Positions 1-10,500 of a DNA stretch of 64,000 bases are shown here, piece by piece. The stretch's first letter is position 1. The number at the start of each line of letters is the position of its first letter. Origin of the DNA: Guillardia theta CCMP2712 (Eukaryota; Protista; Cryptophyta); assembly GCF_000315625.1 (NCBI RefSeq), contig NW_005434569.1, positions 169,816-233,815 of the forward strand, given 5' to 3'. The notes beneath the pieces were generated by a model. That model had not been told where the DNA came from. It worked only from the letters and a program-made list of their open reading frames with translations, and ran no database searches. Made by a program: the position numbers and the translations under genes.

Positions 1-3000
1 TTTGGATCTGCGATATAAAAAAGTCTTGTCTCGGTCACGTGATGTGTCACGTGACCGGTCAGGTGAGCCTGTCAGCCGGGTCACGGCCCCTGTCAGCCGG
101 CTGACATGTCACGGGCCTGCTGACACGGTCCGCTGACCGGTCACGGCCGCCCGGAGAGATCAGGCCCCCGGCCAATCTCCGGACACTTAGCCTCCTGGCG
201 GGCCTCCAGGGGGTCTGAGGCGGGGCTGAAGGCTGCAGTCGGTCTACTGACCGGCCCGGCCGGCAGGATCCGTCGAGAAGCAGGGGGGTCAAGGGAGGTT
301 TTCTTCCCCCTGGGAGAAATGTCCTATGGGTTTTTGGATCTGCGATATAAAAAAGTCTTGTCTCGGTCACGTGATGTGTCACGTGACCGGTCAGGTGAGC
401 CTGTCAGCCGGGTCACGGCCCCTGTCAGCCGGCTGACATGTCACGGGCCTGCTGACACGGTCCGCTGACCGGTCACGGCCGCCCGGAGAGATCAGGCCCC
501 CGGCCAATCTCCGGACACTTAGCCTCCTGGCGGGCCTCCAGGGGGTCTGAGGCGGGGCTGAAGGCTGCAGTCGGTCTACTGACCGGCCCGGCCGGCAGGA
601 TCCGTCGAGAAACAGGGGGGTCAAGGGAGGTTTTCTTCCCCCCGGGAGAAATGTCCGGTAGTATGGGTTTTTGGATCTGCGATATAAAAAAGTCTTGTCT
701 CGGTCACGTGATGTGTCACGTGACCGGTCAGGTGAGCCTGTCAGCCGGGTCACGGCCCCTGTCAGCCGGCTGACATGTCACGGGCCTGCTGACACGGTCC
801 GCTGACCGGTCACGGCCGCCCGGAGAGATCAGGCCCCCGGCCAATCTCCGGACACTTAGCCTCCTGGCGGGCCTCCAGGGGGTCTGAGGCGGGGCTGAAG
901 GCTGCAGTCGGTCTACTGACCGGCCCGGCCGGCAGGATCCGTCGAGAAACAGGGGGGTCAAGGGAGGTTTTCTTCCCCCCGGGAGAAATGTCCGGTAGTA
1001 TGGGTTTTTGGATCTGCGATATAAAAAAGTCTTGTCTCGGTCACGTGATGTGTCACGTGACCGGTCAGGTGAGCCTGTCAGCCGGGTCACGGCCCCTGTC
1101 AGCCGGCTGACATGTCACGGGCCTGCTGACACGGTCCGCTGACCGGTCACGGCCGCCCGGAGAGATCAGGCCCCCGGCCAATCTCCGGACACTTAGCCTC
1201 CTGGCGGGCCTCCAGGGGGTCTGAGGCGGGGCTGAAGGCTGCAGTCGGTCTACTGACCGGCCCGGCCGGCAGGATCCGTCGAGAAACAGGGGGGTCAAGG
1301 GAGGTTTTCTTCCCCCCGGGAGAAATGTCCGGTAGTATGGGTTTTTGGATCTGCGATATAAAAAGTCTTGTTCTCGGTCACGTGATGTGTCACGTGACCG
1401 GTCAGGTGAGCCTGTCAGCCGGGTCACGGCCCTGTCAGCCGGCTGACATGTCACGAGCCTGCTGACACGGTCCGCTGACCGGTCACGGCCGCCCGGAGAG
1501 ATCAGGCCCCGGCCAATCTCCGGACACTTAGCCTCCTGGCGGGCCTCCAGGGGGTCTGAGGCGGGGCTGAAGGCTGCAGTCGGTCTACTGACCGGCCCGG
1601 CCGGCAGGATCCGTCGAGAAACAGGGGGGTCAAGGGAGGTTTTCTTCCCCCTGGGAGAAATGTCCTATGGGTTTTTGGATCTGCGATATAAAAAAGTCTT
1701 GTCTCGGTCACGTGATGTGTCACGTGACCGGTCAGGTGAGCCTGTCAGCCGGGTCACGGCCCCTGTCAGCCGGCTGACATGTCACGGGCCTGCTGACACG
1801 GTCCGCTGACCGGTCACGGCCGCCCGGAGAGATCAGGCCCCCGGCCAATCTCCGGACACTTAGCCTCCTGGCGGGCCTCCAGGGGGGCTGAGGCGGGGCT
1901 GAAGGCTGCAGTCGGTCTACTGACGGGCCCGGCCGGCAGGATCCGTCGAGAAACAGGGGGGTCAAGGGAGGTTTTCTTCCCCCTGGGAGAAATGTCCTAT
2001 GGGTTTTTGGATCTGCGATATAAAAAAGTCTTGTCTCGGTCACGTGATGTGTCACGTGACCGGTCAGGTGAGCCTGTCAGCCGGGTCACGGCCCCTGTCA
2101 GCCGGCTGACATGTCACGGGCCTGCTGACACGGTCCGCTGACCGGTCACGGCCGCCCGGAGAGATCAGGCCCCCGGCCAATCTCCGGACACTTAGCCTCC
2201 TGGCGGGCCTCCAGGGGGTCTGAGGCGGGGCTGAAGGCTGCAGTCGGTCTACTGACGGGCCCGGCCGGCAGGATCCGTCGAGAAACAGGGGGGTCAAGGG
2301 AGGTTTTCTTCCCCCCGGGAGAAATGTCCGGTAGTATGGGTTTTTGGATCTGCGATATAAAAAAGTCTTGTCTCGGTCACGTGATGTGTCACGTGACCGG
2401 TCAGGTGAGCCTGTCAGCCGGGTCACGGCCCCTGTCAGCCGGCTGACATGTCACGGGCCTGCTGACACGGTCCGCTGACCGGTCACGGCCGCCCGGAGAG
2501 ATCAGGCCCCCGGCCAATCTCCGGACACTTAGCCTCCTGGCGGGCCTCCAGGGGGTCTGAGGCGGGGCTGAAGGCTGCAGTCGGTCTACTGACGGGCCCG
2601 GCCGGCAGGATCCGTCGAGAAACAGGGGGGTCAAGGGAGGTTTTCTTCCCCCCGGGAGAAATGTCCGGTAGTATGGGTTTTTGGATCTGCGATATAAAAA
2701 AGTCTTGTCTCGGTCACGTGATGTGTCACGTGACCGGTCAGGTGAGCCTGTCAGCCGGGTCACGGCCCCTGTCAGCCGGCTGACATGTCACGGGCCTGAT
2801 GACACGGTCCGCTGACCGGTCACGGCCGCCCGGAGAGATCAGGCCCCCGGCCAATCTCCGGACACTTAGCCTCCTGGCGGGCCTCCAGGGGGTCTGAGGC
2901 GGGGCTGAAGGCTGCAGTCGGTCTACTGACCGGCCCGGCCGGCAGGATCCGTCGAGAAACAGGGGGGTCAAGGGAGGTTTTCTTCCCCCCGGGAGAAATG

Positions 3001-3087
3001 TCCGGTAGTATGGGTTTTTGGATCTGCGATATAAAAAAGTCTTGTCTCGGTCACGTGATGTGTCACGTGACCGGTCAGGTGAGCCTG
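1..3087. repeat. Tandem array of a 332-337 bp GC-rich palindromic unit (~9.2 copies, probably continuing left of the window)
   Basis: TTTGGATCTGCGATATAAAAAAGTC recurs at about 1, 333, 670, 1007, 1344, 1674, 2006, 2343, 2680 and 3017. There are two variants (GTCCTATGGG and GTCCGGTAGTATGGG). The match ends abruptly after GGTGAGCCTG at 3087. Confidence 0.98.
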
Positions 3088-3304
3088 CCTCGACGTGCTC
3101 GCTGAGCTCCTCGTGATCTGGCTCTGCTCTCTCCACCATCTTGAGGATCGGCATTGCGGAGATCTCATCGAGCAGTGCTTCCGCCTCTGCCTCGAGATCC
3201 TCACCGAGCCCTGGCCCAAAGGTGGTGTTGGGATACACGATGCGGATGCCATCGTAGTCGAGGCTCAGGTTGGACGCGTGGTTTATTGCATCGGCAGGAT
3301 GCAT
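3088..3304 (-). CDS. Acidic hypothetical protein whose frame runs into the tandem array (truncated or fused)
   Basis: ATG at 3304 (MHPADAINH...) lies ~25 nt downstream of a minus-strand TATAAAAG. After ...EELSEHVEA the frame continues into repeat-derived sequence to 2738. Confidence 0.6.
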
Positions 3305-3375
3305 TTGTGAGCGTTGCAAAGACAAGGCTTTTATAGGTTAAGATTCTTTATTGCATGTTTAGGGCTCAGTGCAAT

Positions 3376-3690
3376 CTAGAAGACAACGTCCAAGGAGAGG
3401 TTGAGCAAGCGCCCGACGTAGTCGTGCGTCGAGCGCTTGAAGCGCGCCGCGTTGGTCTGCGTGTAGAGCTCGAGGTAGCGCAGCAGCCACATGTTCTCTG
3501 TCGCAATGTCAATGCACCTGCGACGGTCCTCACTGGACAGCCCGGTGACGCCCTCGTAGGTCGTCTTGATGTGACGCTCGAGGTTCTCAACAAACTGTGC
3601 AGTCTGTGAGGCAGTGGGGTGCCTGGCATCGATCAGCGTGCGGGCAAGCCTGCGGAGGTTGTTGTGAAAAAGCATGGGCTTAGAGTCCAT
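3376..3690 (-). CDS. Hypothetical protein (104 aa)
   Basis: ATG ORF with virus-like codon usage, TATATAAG ~40 nt upstream and AATAAA just downstream (~3347-3352). Confidence 0.7.
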   Translation of the reverse strand: MDSKPMLFHNNLRRLARTLIDARHPTASQTAQFVENLERHIKTTYEGVTGLSSEDRRRCIDIATENMWLLRYLELYTQTNAARFKRSTHDYVGRLLNLSLDVVF

Positions 3691-3814
3691 GGTCTGGTGG
3701 GTTGGGGGAGAGGGGAGGGGAGGGAGGGCTTATATAGACCCCAAGAGGGGGGGGGTCAGAGGGGGGATGGGGTCGATTACAAGTTTAATGCATCTTGTAT
3801 CAACGGTGTATCGC

Positions 3815-4129
3815 TCAGTGCTTCGTCTTCTTCTGCTTTCCTGGGGATGCGATTCGCATGAGATTCTGGTGGATCGCACGCACGTTTTGCTTATTCTCCC
3901 TGTCGGAGAGCGCGGAGATCAGATTCCTGCACTGCGAATGGCACGAATCGATGAGCTCCTTGGTGTTGGGTGCATGCTGTAGCTTGTCGCTCAACTTCTT
4001 TGCATTCCTCAGGTTCCTTGCCGTGATACCAGCGTTGATCAACTCGTCCTGATCACCATGCCTCGACACAATGTCGAGCTTCCTGGCGATATCTTCCAGT
4101 GTCTGCCTCATATCGATAGGTTCAGACAT
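3815..4129 (-). CDS. Hypothetical basic helical protein (104 aa)
   Basis: ATG ORF with TATTTAATA at ~4161-4169 on the minus strand and a basic C-terminus (KQKKTKH). Confidence 0.7.
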   Translation of the reverse strand: MSEPIDMRQTLEDIARKLDIVSRHGDQDELINAGITARNLRNAKKLSDKLQHAPNTKELIDSCHSQCRNLISALSDRENKQNVRAIHQNLMRIASPGKQKKTKH

Positions 4130-4247
4130 GATTCTGTAGTGCTTGTGTGTTGCTACGCGGTATTAAATACGATGCAGCGCCGAGTGATATAAGGGTGGAA
4201 GAGAACGGCTGGTGTGCGCGTTGGCTCTGACACTGTCTGTTTTGCAG

Positions 4248-6581
4248 ATTGGCACAACCAAGGGCACGGGCGGGGATTGCCTGATCTTGGAGGAGGCAGC
4301 CTACTGCGATTCGACCTTTTTCTATGAGACCGTCGCGCCAATCCTATCGATTGGCAGCACCTCCCTGCTCTGCATCTCCACGCTCACCTCCGAAATCAAT
4401 TTCTACACGAGGCTGATCAAGATGCGCGATCCCGACACTGGCCGCCCGCTCTTTGCCGTCAAGTGCATCGAGCTCGCTTGCCAGCAGTGCAAGGAAGACG
4501 GGAAGAGCCATGAGTGTGTGCACATGCTGCATCTCGTTCCGCAGTGGCAGAGCGGGGAGAGGCACAGGAGGCTGAAGGTGGTGATGCAAGACAGGCCCGA
4601 CCTCATCCAGTCGGAGCTGGCGGGGCTGGCGTTCGATTCTTTGCAGCAGGCGTTCAGGGTGAAGGACATCGAGGCCATGCTGTCGCAGCAGGCGCCCCCG
4701 TTTGTTAGCAACCAGAACATCTACCTGGTGGTGGACCCAGCGACGGGTGGCCCGCAGAGTGACTACGCGGTGGTGAGCATCGTGAGGCACAAGGGGTTGA
4801 TCACGGTAAGTGCAGGGATGTGTGCGTGTTTTATTCTTGCAAACACCAGTGGGATTTCCTTTGCGCGATTCCGCAGGGTTACCAAAGGATGTGTCTGAGG
4901 GTGTACTTTTCAAACACATATATCGTGAATCCGATACAGTGCTTCACAACGAAGGTGACAACCATCCAGGCAGCATCTTGGACCTTGCTCATTGTGCTCT
5001 TGCGCACGGGGATGTTGTTGGCCAGTGCGAGGAGCTTGATGAAATCACCGTACGTCGGATCCTGGACCATGTGCTCAGGCATGTACCTATGCTGTTGTTG
5101 CATGAGGTGCAGGGCATTGATGATGCACACTGGGACCTTGCCGTTTGACGGCATCGTGAAGGTGTTCAGCTCCGAGATAGTCTGGAAAACCTCAGGCTTC
5201 AGGTCAACTCCATGTCGATACATATCGAGATAGAGAAGGATTTCGTCGAGGTCCTTGCAGAGTTCCGAGCACTGGGCATCATCCTCGTGCTTCTTCAGTT
5301 CGAGCACCAACTCTTGCCATGTGCCCTGGTGTTTGATCATCGTTTCCCAGATCATGGTCTTCTCGGGGATGTTGAAGCTGGTGCAGGAAGCGACGATCAA
5401 CAGGACCACCTTAGTGTCGTGAATCAGTGGCTGAAGGTCAGCATTGCAGATACTCTCCCTGTTGTACTCCAGGTGGAGCACAACCTTGCAAATGTCACGT
5501 TCTGCATCGTCAATGGTGCTCGCAAGAAAGGACGTGAAGTCTTTCAGACCCGATATCATGGTTAACTGAATCGGGTCTGCAAGTTTAAATACCAGGCGTT
5601 GCCATGCTCATGAGCATTGATACATCTCCTGGATCTCCTGCTCGAAGGTGATGGTGGTCTTGAGTTCGTCTCGGAGGAAGTTTGGGATCACAGTGCTGTC
5701 GATCGCCTTGAAAAACACGGGGGCCTTGTATCCGCAGAGGGGTTGGAGGGTGACGTCGGCTTCCTCGATGACGTAGGGCTTTGTGAATGTCTCCTTGAGA
5801 CCCATGTCAACGTTGAGCAGCAAGATCAGCACACACCGCGCCATGTGCTCGTTCCTGCTGGCGATGTCGAGCAATTTGGAGGGGAGCGGGTCTTTCAATA
5901 TGTTGGCAAGCCTCTGTGCAGATTCCCGGCAGAGCTTCATTGTTGTCTTCATGTCGTTGTTGTAGAGGATATGGAAGAGGATGTCTCTCTGTGGCACTGA
6001 CATTCTTGCCGTTGCAGATTGTCGGGATGGACGTCCTCTCCGGATGCAAGGGTGAACGCTTCCTTTTGATGCATTTTTTAACCTCTTGCACTGCAGAGCC
6101 AGACAAGCAGTTCGATCTCCTCGCCGAGCACATGCAGCGCCTGAGGGATTGCAACACGGCCTTTGTGGTATCCGAGATCATTGTCATGGTGGAGCGGAAC
6201 CTTGGGTTCGAGGCGGAGTATCACCAGCGCCATTTCAACGGCATGAAGAATGTGAGATTCAGGGTTGACCACAAGGCCCAGCGCTACGGCGTCCTCACCA
6301 CGCATGAGATCAAGCATGCGATGTGCACGATGCTGAACTCACTGCTGAGGGAGGGGAGGGTGCATCTCTGGGAGAATTTCGTGAGCCGCGATCCGAGGGG
6401 CATGAAGCGTCGGCTTCGCGAGCAGCTGGAGATCTACTCCTACCAGTTCAAGAGCGCGGCCAGTGTGTTCAACAAGGATCAGATGGCGCTCAGTGGAAAG
6501 GTGGGAGGCATGAAGGATGACGTCTGCATCGCACTGCAGCTTGCGTGCTATTACAGCTCGAACCCAGAGTTTTACGCGTAG
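4248..6581 (+). CDS. DNA-packaging terminase large subunit, C-terminal ATPase part plus RNase H-like nuclease; exons 4248-4805, 6018-6051, 6097-6581; 5' exon(s) absent
   Basis: KGTGGDCLILEEAAY (Walker B), LLCIST (coupling motif), CxxC...CxH Zn site, IYLVVDPATGG (nuclease Asp), IVMVERN, and ALSGKVGGMKDDVCIAL like the herpes UL15 C-terminus. Donor ACG|GTAAGT at 4806 and acceptor CTGAC...TTGCAG|ATT at 6017 join in frame. Confidence 0.9.
4879..5559 (-). CDS. Intron-nested hypothetical protein (226 aa)
   Basis: Clean ATG ORF with strong codon bias, TATTTAAA at ~5584-5591 and AATAAA at 4830-4835 (minus strand). Confidence 0.85.
   Translation of the reverse strand: MISGLKDFTSFLASTIDDAERDICKVVLHLEYNRESICNADLQPLIHDTKVVLLIVASCTSFNIPEKTMIWETMIKHQGTWQELVLELKKHEDDAQCSELCKDLDEILLYLDMYRHGVDLKPEVFQTISELNTFTMPSNGKVPVCIINALHLMQQQHRYMPEHMVQDPTYGDFIKLLALANNIPVRKSTMSKVQDAAWMVVTFVVKHCIGFTIYVFEKYTLRHILW
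5608..6003 (-). CDS. Intron-nested hypothetical protein (131 aa)
   Basis: ATG ORF with virus-like codon usage; its first codons overlap the intron branch point. Confidence 0.75.
   Translation of the reverse strand: MSVPQRDILFHILYNNDMKTTMKLCRESAQRLANILKDPLPSKLLDIASRNEHMARCVLILLLNVDMGLKETFTKPYVIEEADVTLQPLCGYKAPVFFKAIDSTVIPNFLRDELKTTITFEQEIQEMYQCS
6052..6096 (+). other. Probable 45-nt in-frame micro-intron in the terminase
   Basis: G|GTGAAC...T-rich...TTTAAC...CTGCAG. The stretch is T-rich inside a GC-rich exon, and removing it gives CKEPDKQF. Confidence 0.6.
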
Positions 6582-6587
6582 ATTTAT

Positions 6588-7552
6588 TCAATTCGAGTTC
6601 AATATACTCCATGCCTTGAAGAATTCCATGCATTGGTGTGCGTCGAAGTGCTCCATGATCGCCTCCAGTATGAATGGTCTCAATATGTCCTGGTTGTTGT
6701 TGCAATTCTCGTAGATGCATTGCAGGAACCCGCCGATGGCATCCCGCAGGTGTATATCGTTCTGGATGCATGCCTTGCAGATCTTGACAAACACCATCGT
6801 CAGTGCGTAGAAGTCCGTGGCCTCCAGGTCGTGGTAGGTGAAGGCATTGGCCCTGCACACGATGGGATAATCCATGGTGTTCTTGGTCATGCAGGATATC
6901 TTGAGCTTGATGGATTCGGGGCAAAGGGTCGGATTGGGCAGGTGGGATATTGTCCCGTCCTTGTTGTAAGCCTTGGGGTGGAGCTTGGGGATGAAAGCAT
7001 TCCCCCAGTCGATGAGATAAGCAGAGCCATCCTCGTTGATGACGATGTTGTGGTTTCGGATGTCGTGTGATAGACCGAGAGGGAGTGCAGGCGGGCCAGT
7101 TGGCGGCAGATCCTCTGGAAGCTCTCTACTAGCTTCTCCCGCATGTGAGGTTGATAGAATGAGATGAAACGCGGTGTCGGCACCCCGAGGTAGGGGAGGA
7201 TGGCGTACATGATTCGGTTGTATTCCTTCTTTAACATCCCAAATCCCGACCAGGTGCCAATGTGGTCCCTCTCTCTGTAGTCAGAGAGTTGATCGAGAAG
7301 GTATCGGTTGATCTGGGTCTCTTCCATGAAGAGCGTTGGGCTTGAAAAGAGCTTGATCACCAAGGCATGCCCCTCCTGCTTGGCAAGGAAGCACTTCCCG
7401 GAGACCCCCTCCCCGAGGTAGAAGAAGCGGATGCCTCTGAGATCCCGCATCTGCCTGCTGTGGCGGACAACCTCGAGCAGTATGGTGTATGTCTTCTTGG
7501 TGTTGTGGAGCTCCGTGTGGCGTATGCGTGGGAGGGGGATGGATTCGGACAT
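6588..7552 (-). pseudogene. Ser/Thr protein kinase with a 1-nt frameshift at ~7066 (pseudogene or sequence error)
   Basis: LGEGVSGKC P-loop and VIK lysine. Adding one base after TAT CAC gives YHxDIRNHNIVINEDGSAYLIDWGNA and joins the 6588-6890 ORF (~321 aa total). Confidence 0.85.
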
Positions 7553-7583
7553 TCGATGGAAGCCCCCCACGTGCGGTCCCCTT

Positions 7584-10500
7584 TTAAAGGCCCCTCCCCT
7601 GTGGTTGACTAATTCTAATATCTAGTTTTAATCTATGTGTCATTATGACTGTCGCGATGATGAGCTTCAGTACCTCCCTCAGGAGGAATACCGGGAAGCT
7701 CACGAGGAGGCCTATGACGTAGAGGAGGAAGAATATGATGATGTAGATTGGTATGACCCGCCAGATATTCAGCGTGCCGCAAACCAATTGTGCGTTGATC
7801 ATGTCTTCTTGGTATGCATCGATGATGGCTGCCTTGACAGATATGTGCCGGTTGAGCGAGGTGAACTGAACCGCGGCCGGGAATCCAGCGATGGACGCCC
7901 CCAGAGACCTGCAGAGGTCGGTAGAGATGAAGCAAGTCCACCATGCGATCTCGGATTCCCACGTGTTGAATTCAAACGGCGCGTCGCTGCAAGGGATGAT
8001 GCATGCCTCCCTATTGACCACCGCCGGGTCGTTGAGGCACCCCGGTGAGGTCTGCAGGCTGTCGGGGAAGCGGAAGGACGAGGGGAAGAACACGTTGGCA
8101 ATATCCACAAAGTCCTGAATGAAGCACGTCGGGATCATCGGTGCGCAGAAGGGGGAGACACCAAAGGCGTAGTAGCTGGTGATGACTGGGTACGTGCCCC
8201 AGAGGAATGTGCTCACGTAGGGGATCTGGAAGGCAGTGATCACCGCAGTGGTCCCCGCGAGCAGTATCCCTACGACGATGCCGGAGACCAGCAGTGTGTA
8301 CTTGTGCTTGGAGCACAGCATCACGGCCGACCGGTCGCACCGGAGGAAGTCTTGCAGGAATCCAGGCGATGCCATGAGCGCATTGTAGAAGAACTGCCGA
8401 TTGAACGGCGTGTGCTCCAGCGCGGATACGACAGTGAAGACCATCGTCGAGATCCAATCCCCGTTGACGGGCCTCTGCAGCGGTGGCACAGTCTTGGTCT
8501 GCGGCAGGCCGCTTAGGGGCCAGCTGCCTGAAACCACCTTGCGGGGGCTGGCGGCGAGGAGGGAGCCCTGGGTGTAGAAGAGTGTGACGTTGCCAAAGGC
8601 GTTCCTCGTCAGCGTCAGTGTGTTGGACAGCAGCGCACACGACCCGAGGGTCTGCGGGATGTCGTAATTCACGGGCCATGCAAAGGGGCTGTCCACCCAG
8701 GCGTTGCTGGTCGCCGCCCCAACTGGCTCGACGATGCCGTCATTCAGGGAGGTGGAGGCGGTGAACCGCTTCACCTCGCTCCTCTGTGTCTGCCATGAGG
8801 TCTGCAGCAGGTGCCTGCCGATGGATGCGTTGGTGATGTTCTCGAGGAGGTGCATGGCAAAGGGCCCCTCGGCAGCGATGCTGAGGATGTGCTTCATCGC
8901 CAGCTGGTTCTGGATCGCCAGCGGGCCGTCTACCCCCGAGCGGTTGAAGTGGGAGGAGAGGCCGTGGAGGATGTTGAGGAGGAGGAGCGTCGTCTCGCTG
9001 ATGTTGTCACCGTGGATGTACATCCCGCCGTCGATATCTATGCGATAATGAAGGCTGTTGTTCCTCTTCGTGCCGTGGATTGCGATCTCGTAGTAGAGGT
9101 CGTGGAACACCCTCGTCCACACGTGGTAATAGCGGTGCAAGCGCTGGAAGATGCTGGTCTGCATGCCAAGCTCCAGCACGAGGGTGGGATTGTACAGCAG
9201 CAGCAGGAGGGCGGTGGGATCATTCCCTATGGTCTCCATCAGGTCGGTGAGGCTCACGAACATGTTGGGAGGGATGCGATCCTCGATGCCGTGCCGCCTT
9301 GCAACATCGTAGGTTGCAGCGAACCTGGTGATGCAAGAGACAAACACGCGGGTGGTGCGGTTGGAGAGGAGGTATTCGTCGTAGGCGTCCATGCAGGTGG
9401 CGTCGTGGCTGTAGAACTCTGGGGAGTCCAAACCGAGGAGGCGGCGGCCGTAAGGGCCCGAGGCGCCGGCGCCAGACATGCCGCTGATGCCAATGGAGAC
9501 GAGCATCGGTGCAAAGCTGAAGAACGAGCTGAACACGCTGTAGCAATACACCTGGTCGTAGTTGCTGTTGTAGCAAGGTGTGGCGAGGAGGTTGTTGTAG
9601 CTTATCGTGTAGGTTGCGCTGGAGGATGCCGAGAACCCACCCATGGAGGTGGTCACCTGCGCAAGGCAGAGGCCGGAGAGCTTCGGTGCCACCGCCTTGG
9701 TGACATCGCTGTTGGAGCAGCCCTGTGGGTCCACCCGCGTGAGGAAGCAAGAGCAAGAGCCGTAGGTCTTCCCGGGTTGCAGGATGCACATCGGCTGCGT
9801 TGTGCACTGTGCACACGGGATGTTTCCAAAGGTCGGCTGTATGTCGCTGTTCATGAAGACGCAGGTGGCATCGATCTGGTTGACACACTGCTCGTGCGTC
9901 ATGCACGGCGTCTCGTAGGTCTGCATCACGTTGCACATGCACTGTTTCCGTATGGGATCGCACCCGTACCTTGCCACCGTGCTGGTGGATCCGCCGTAGG
10001 GGCATGCGTCGCACACCATCGTGTCCGACCCGCTCGAGGCCGTGGCGCGAAGGCAGGTGTCCGAGGCGGAGCAGGAGAGGCGGGCCCCGTCGCTCACGCT
10101 GGTGATGTAGCTGGCCCAGCAGCGGGTGGGCGTCGGCAGGGTTCCATCTTCCGCCTGCGGTGGGAAGGCATTCCCAATGTCACATTTGAGGACATTCCTG
10201 GCATTGCAATCGATGGACTTGAGCTTGTTCCCGACATCCAGGTATATCTGGTAGACGATCCAGGTGAAGGGCTTGATCCCGATGATGCTGATGTCATGGA
10301 TTGTCTTGAGGGCATTCCCGATGCCCGTACACACGTCACCTACAAAGTGCAGGATGGGGCAGATGACAGGGAAGAAAAAATTGTTCAGGAACCAGTTGAT
10401 GATGGTGCAGATGATCTTGATGATCTTCATGAGCTGATCCCCAAAGGGAGCGGAGCGTATGAGCTCAAACACCATGTTCCCGATCTGCTCAAACAGCACC

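Larger units (their letters stand above)
4806..6017 (+). other. 1212-nt spliceosomal GT-AG intron in the terminase, containing two antisense genes
   Basis: GTAAGT donor, CTGAC branch point (5997-6001), pyrimidine-rich tract and CAG. The phase-0 join gives HKGLIT|IVGMDV. Confidence 0.85.

Noticed and set aside
59-2763. Repeated 107-129 aa ORFs in the tandem array
   Set aside because: By-products of a GC-rich repeat; unit length variants and indels change the frames freely.
1-3087. CRISPR array (also considered for 47096-47651 and 49050-49466)
   Set aside because: Units are contiguous with no unique spacers, there are no cas genes, and the context is eukaryotic.
4212-4247. GTG start, or a 36-nt cis intron, for the terminase ORF
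   Set aside because: The segment is a branch point and pyrimidine tract; the upstream frame hits a stop at 4185 with no ATG.
4879-6003. Homing endonuclease or self-splicing intron
   Set aside because: The boundaries are spliceosomal and no LAGLIDADG, HNH, GIY-YIG or RT motifs were seen; a divergent nuclease cannot be fully excluded.
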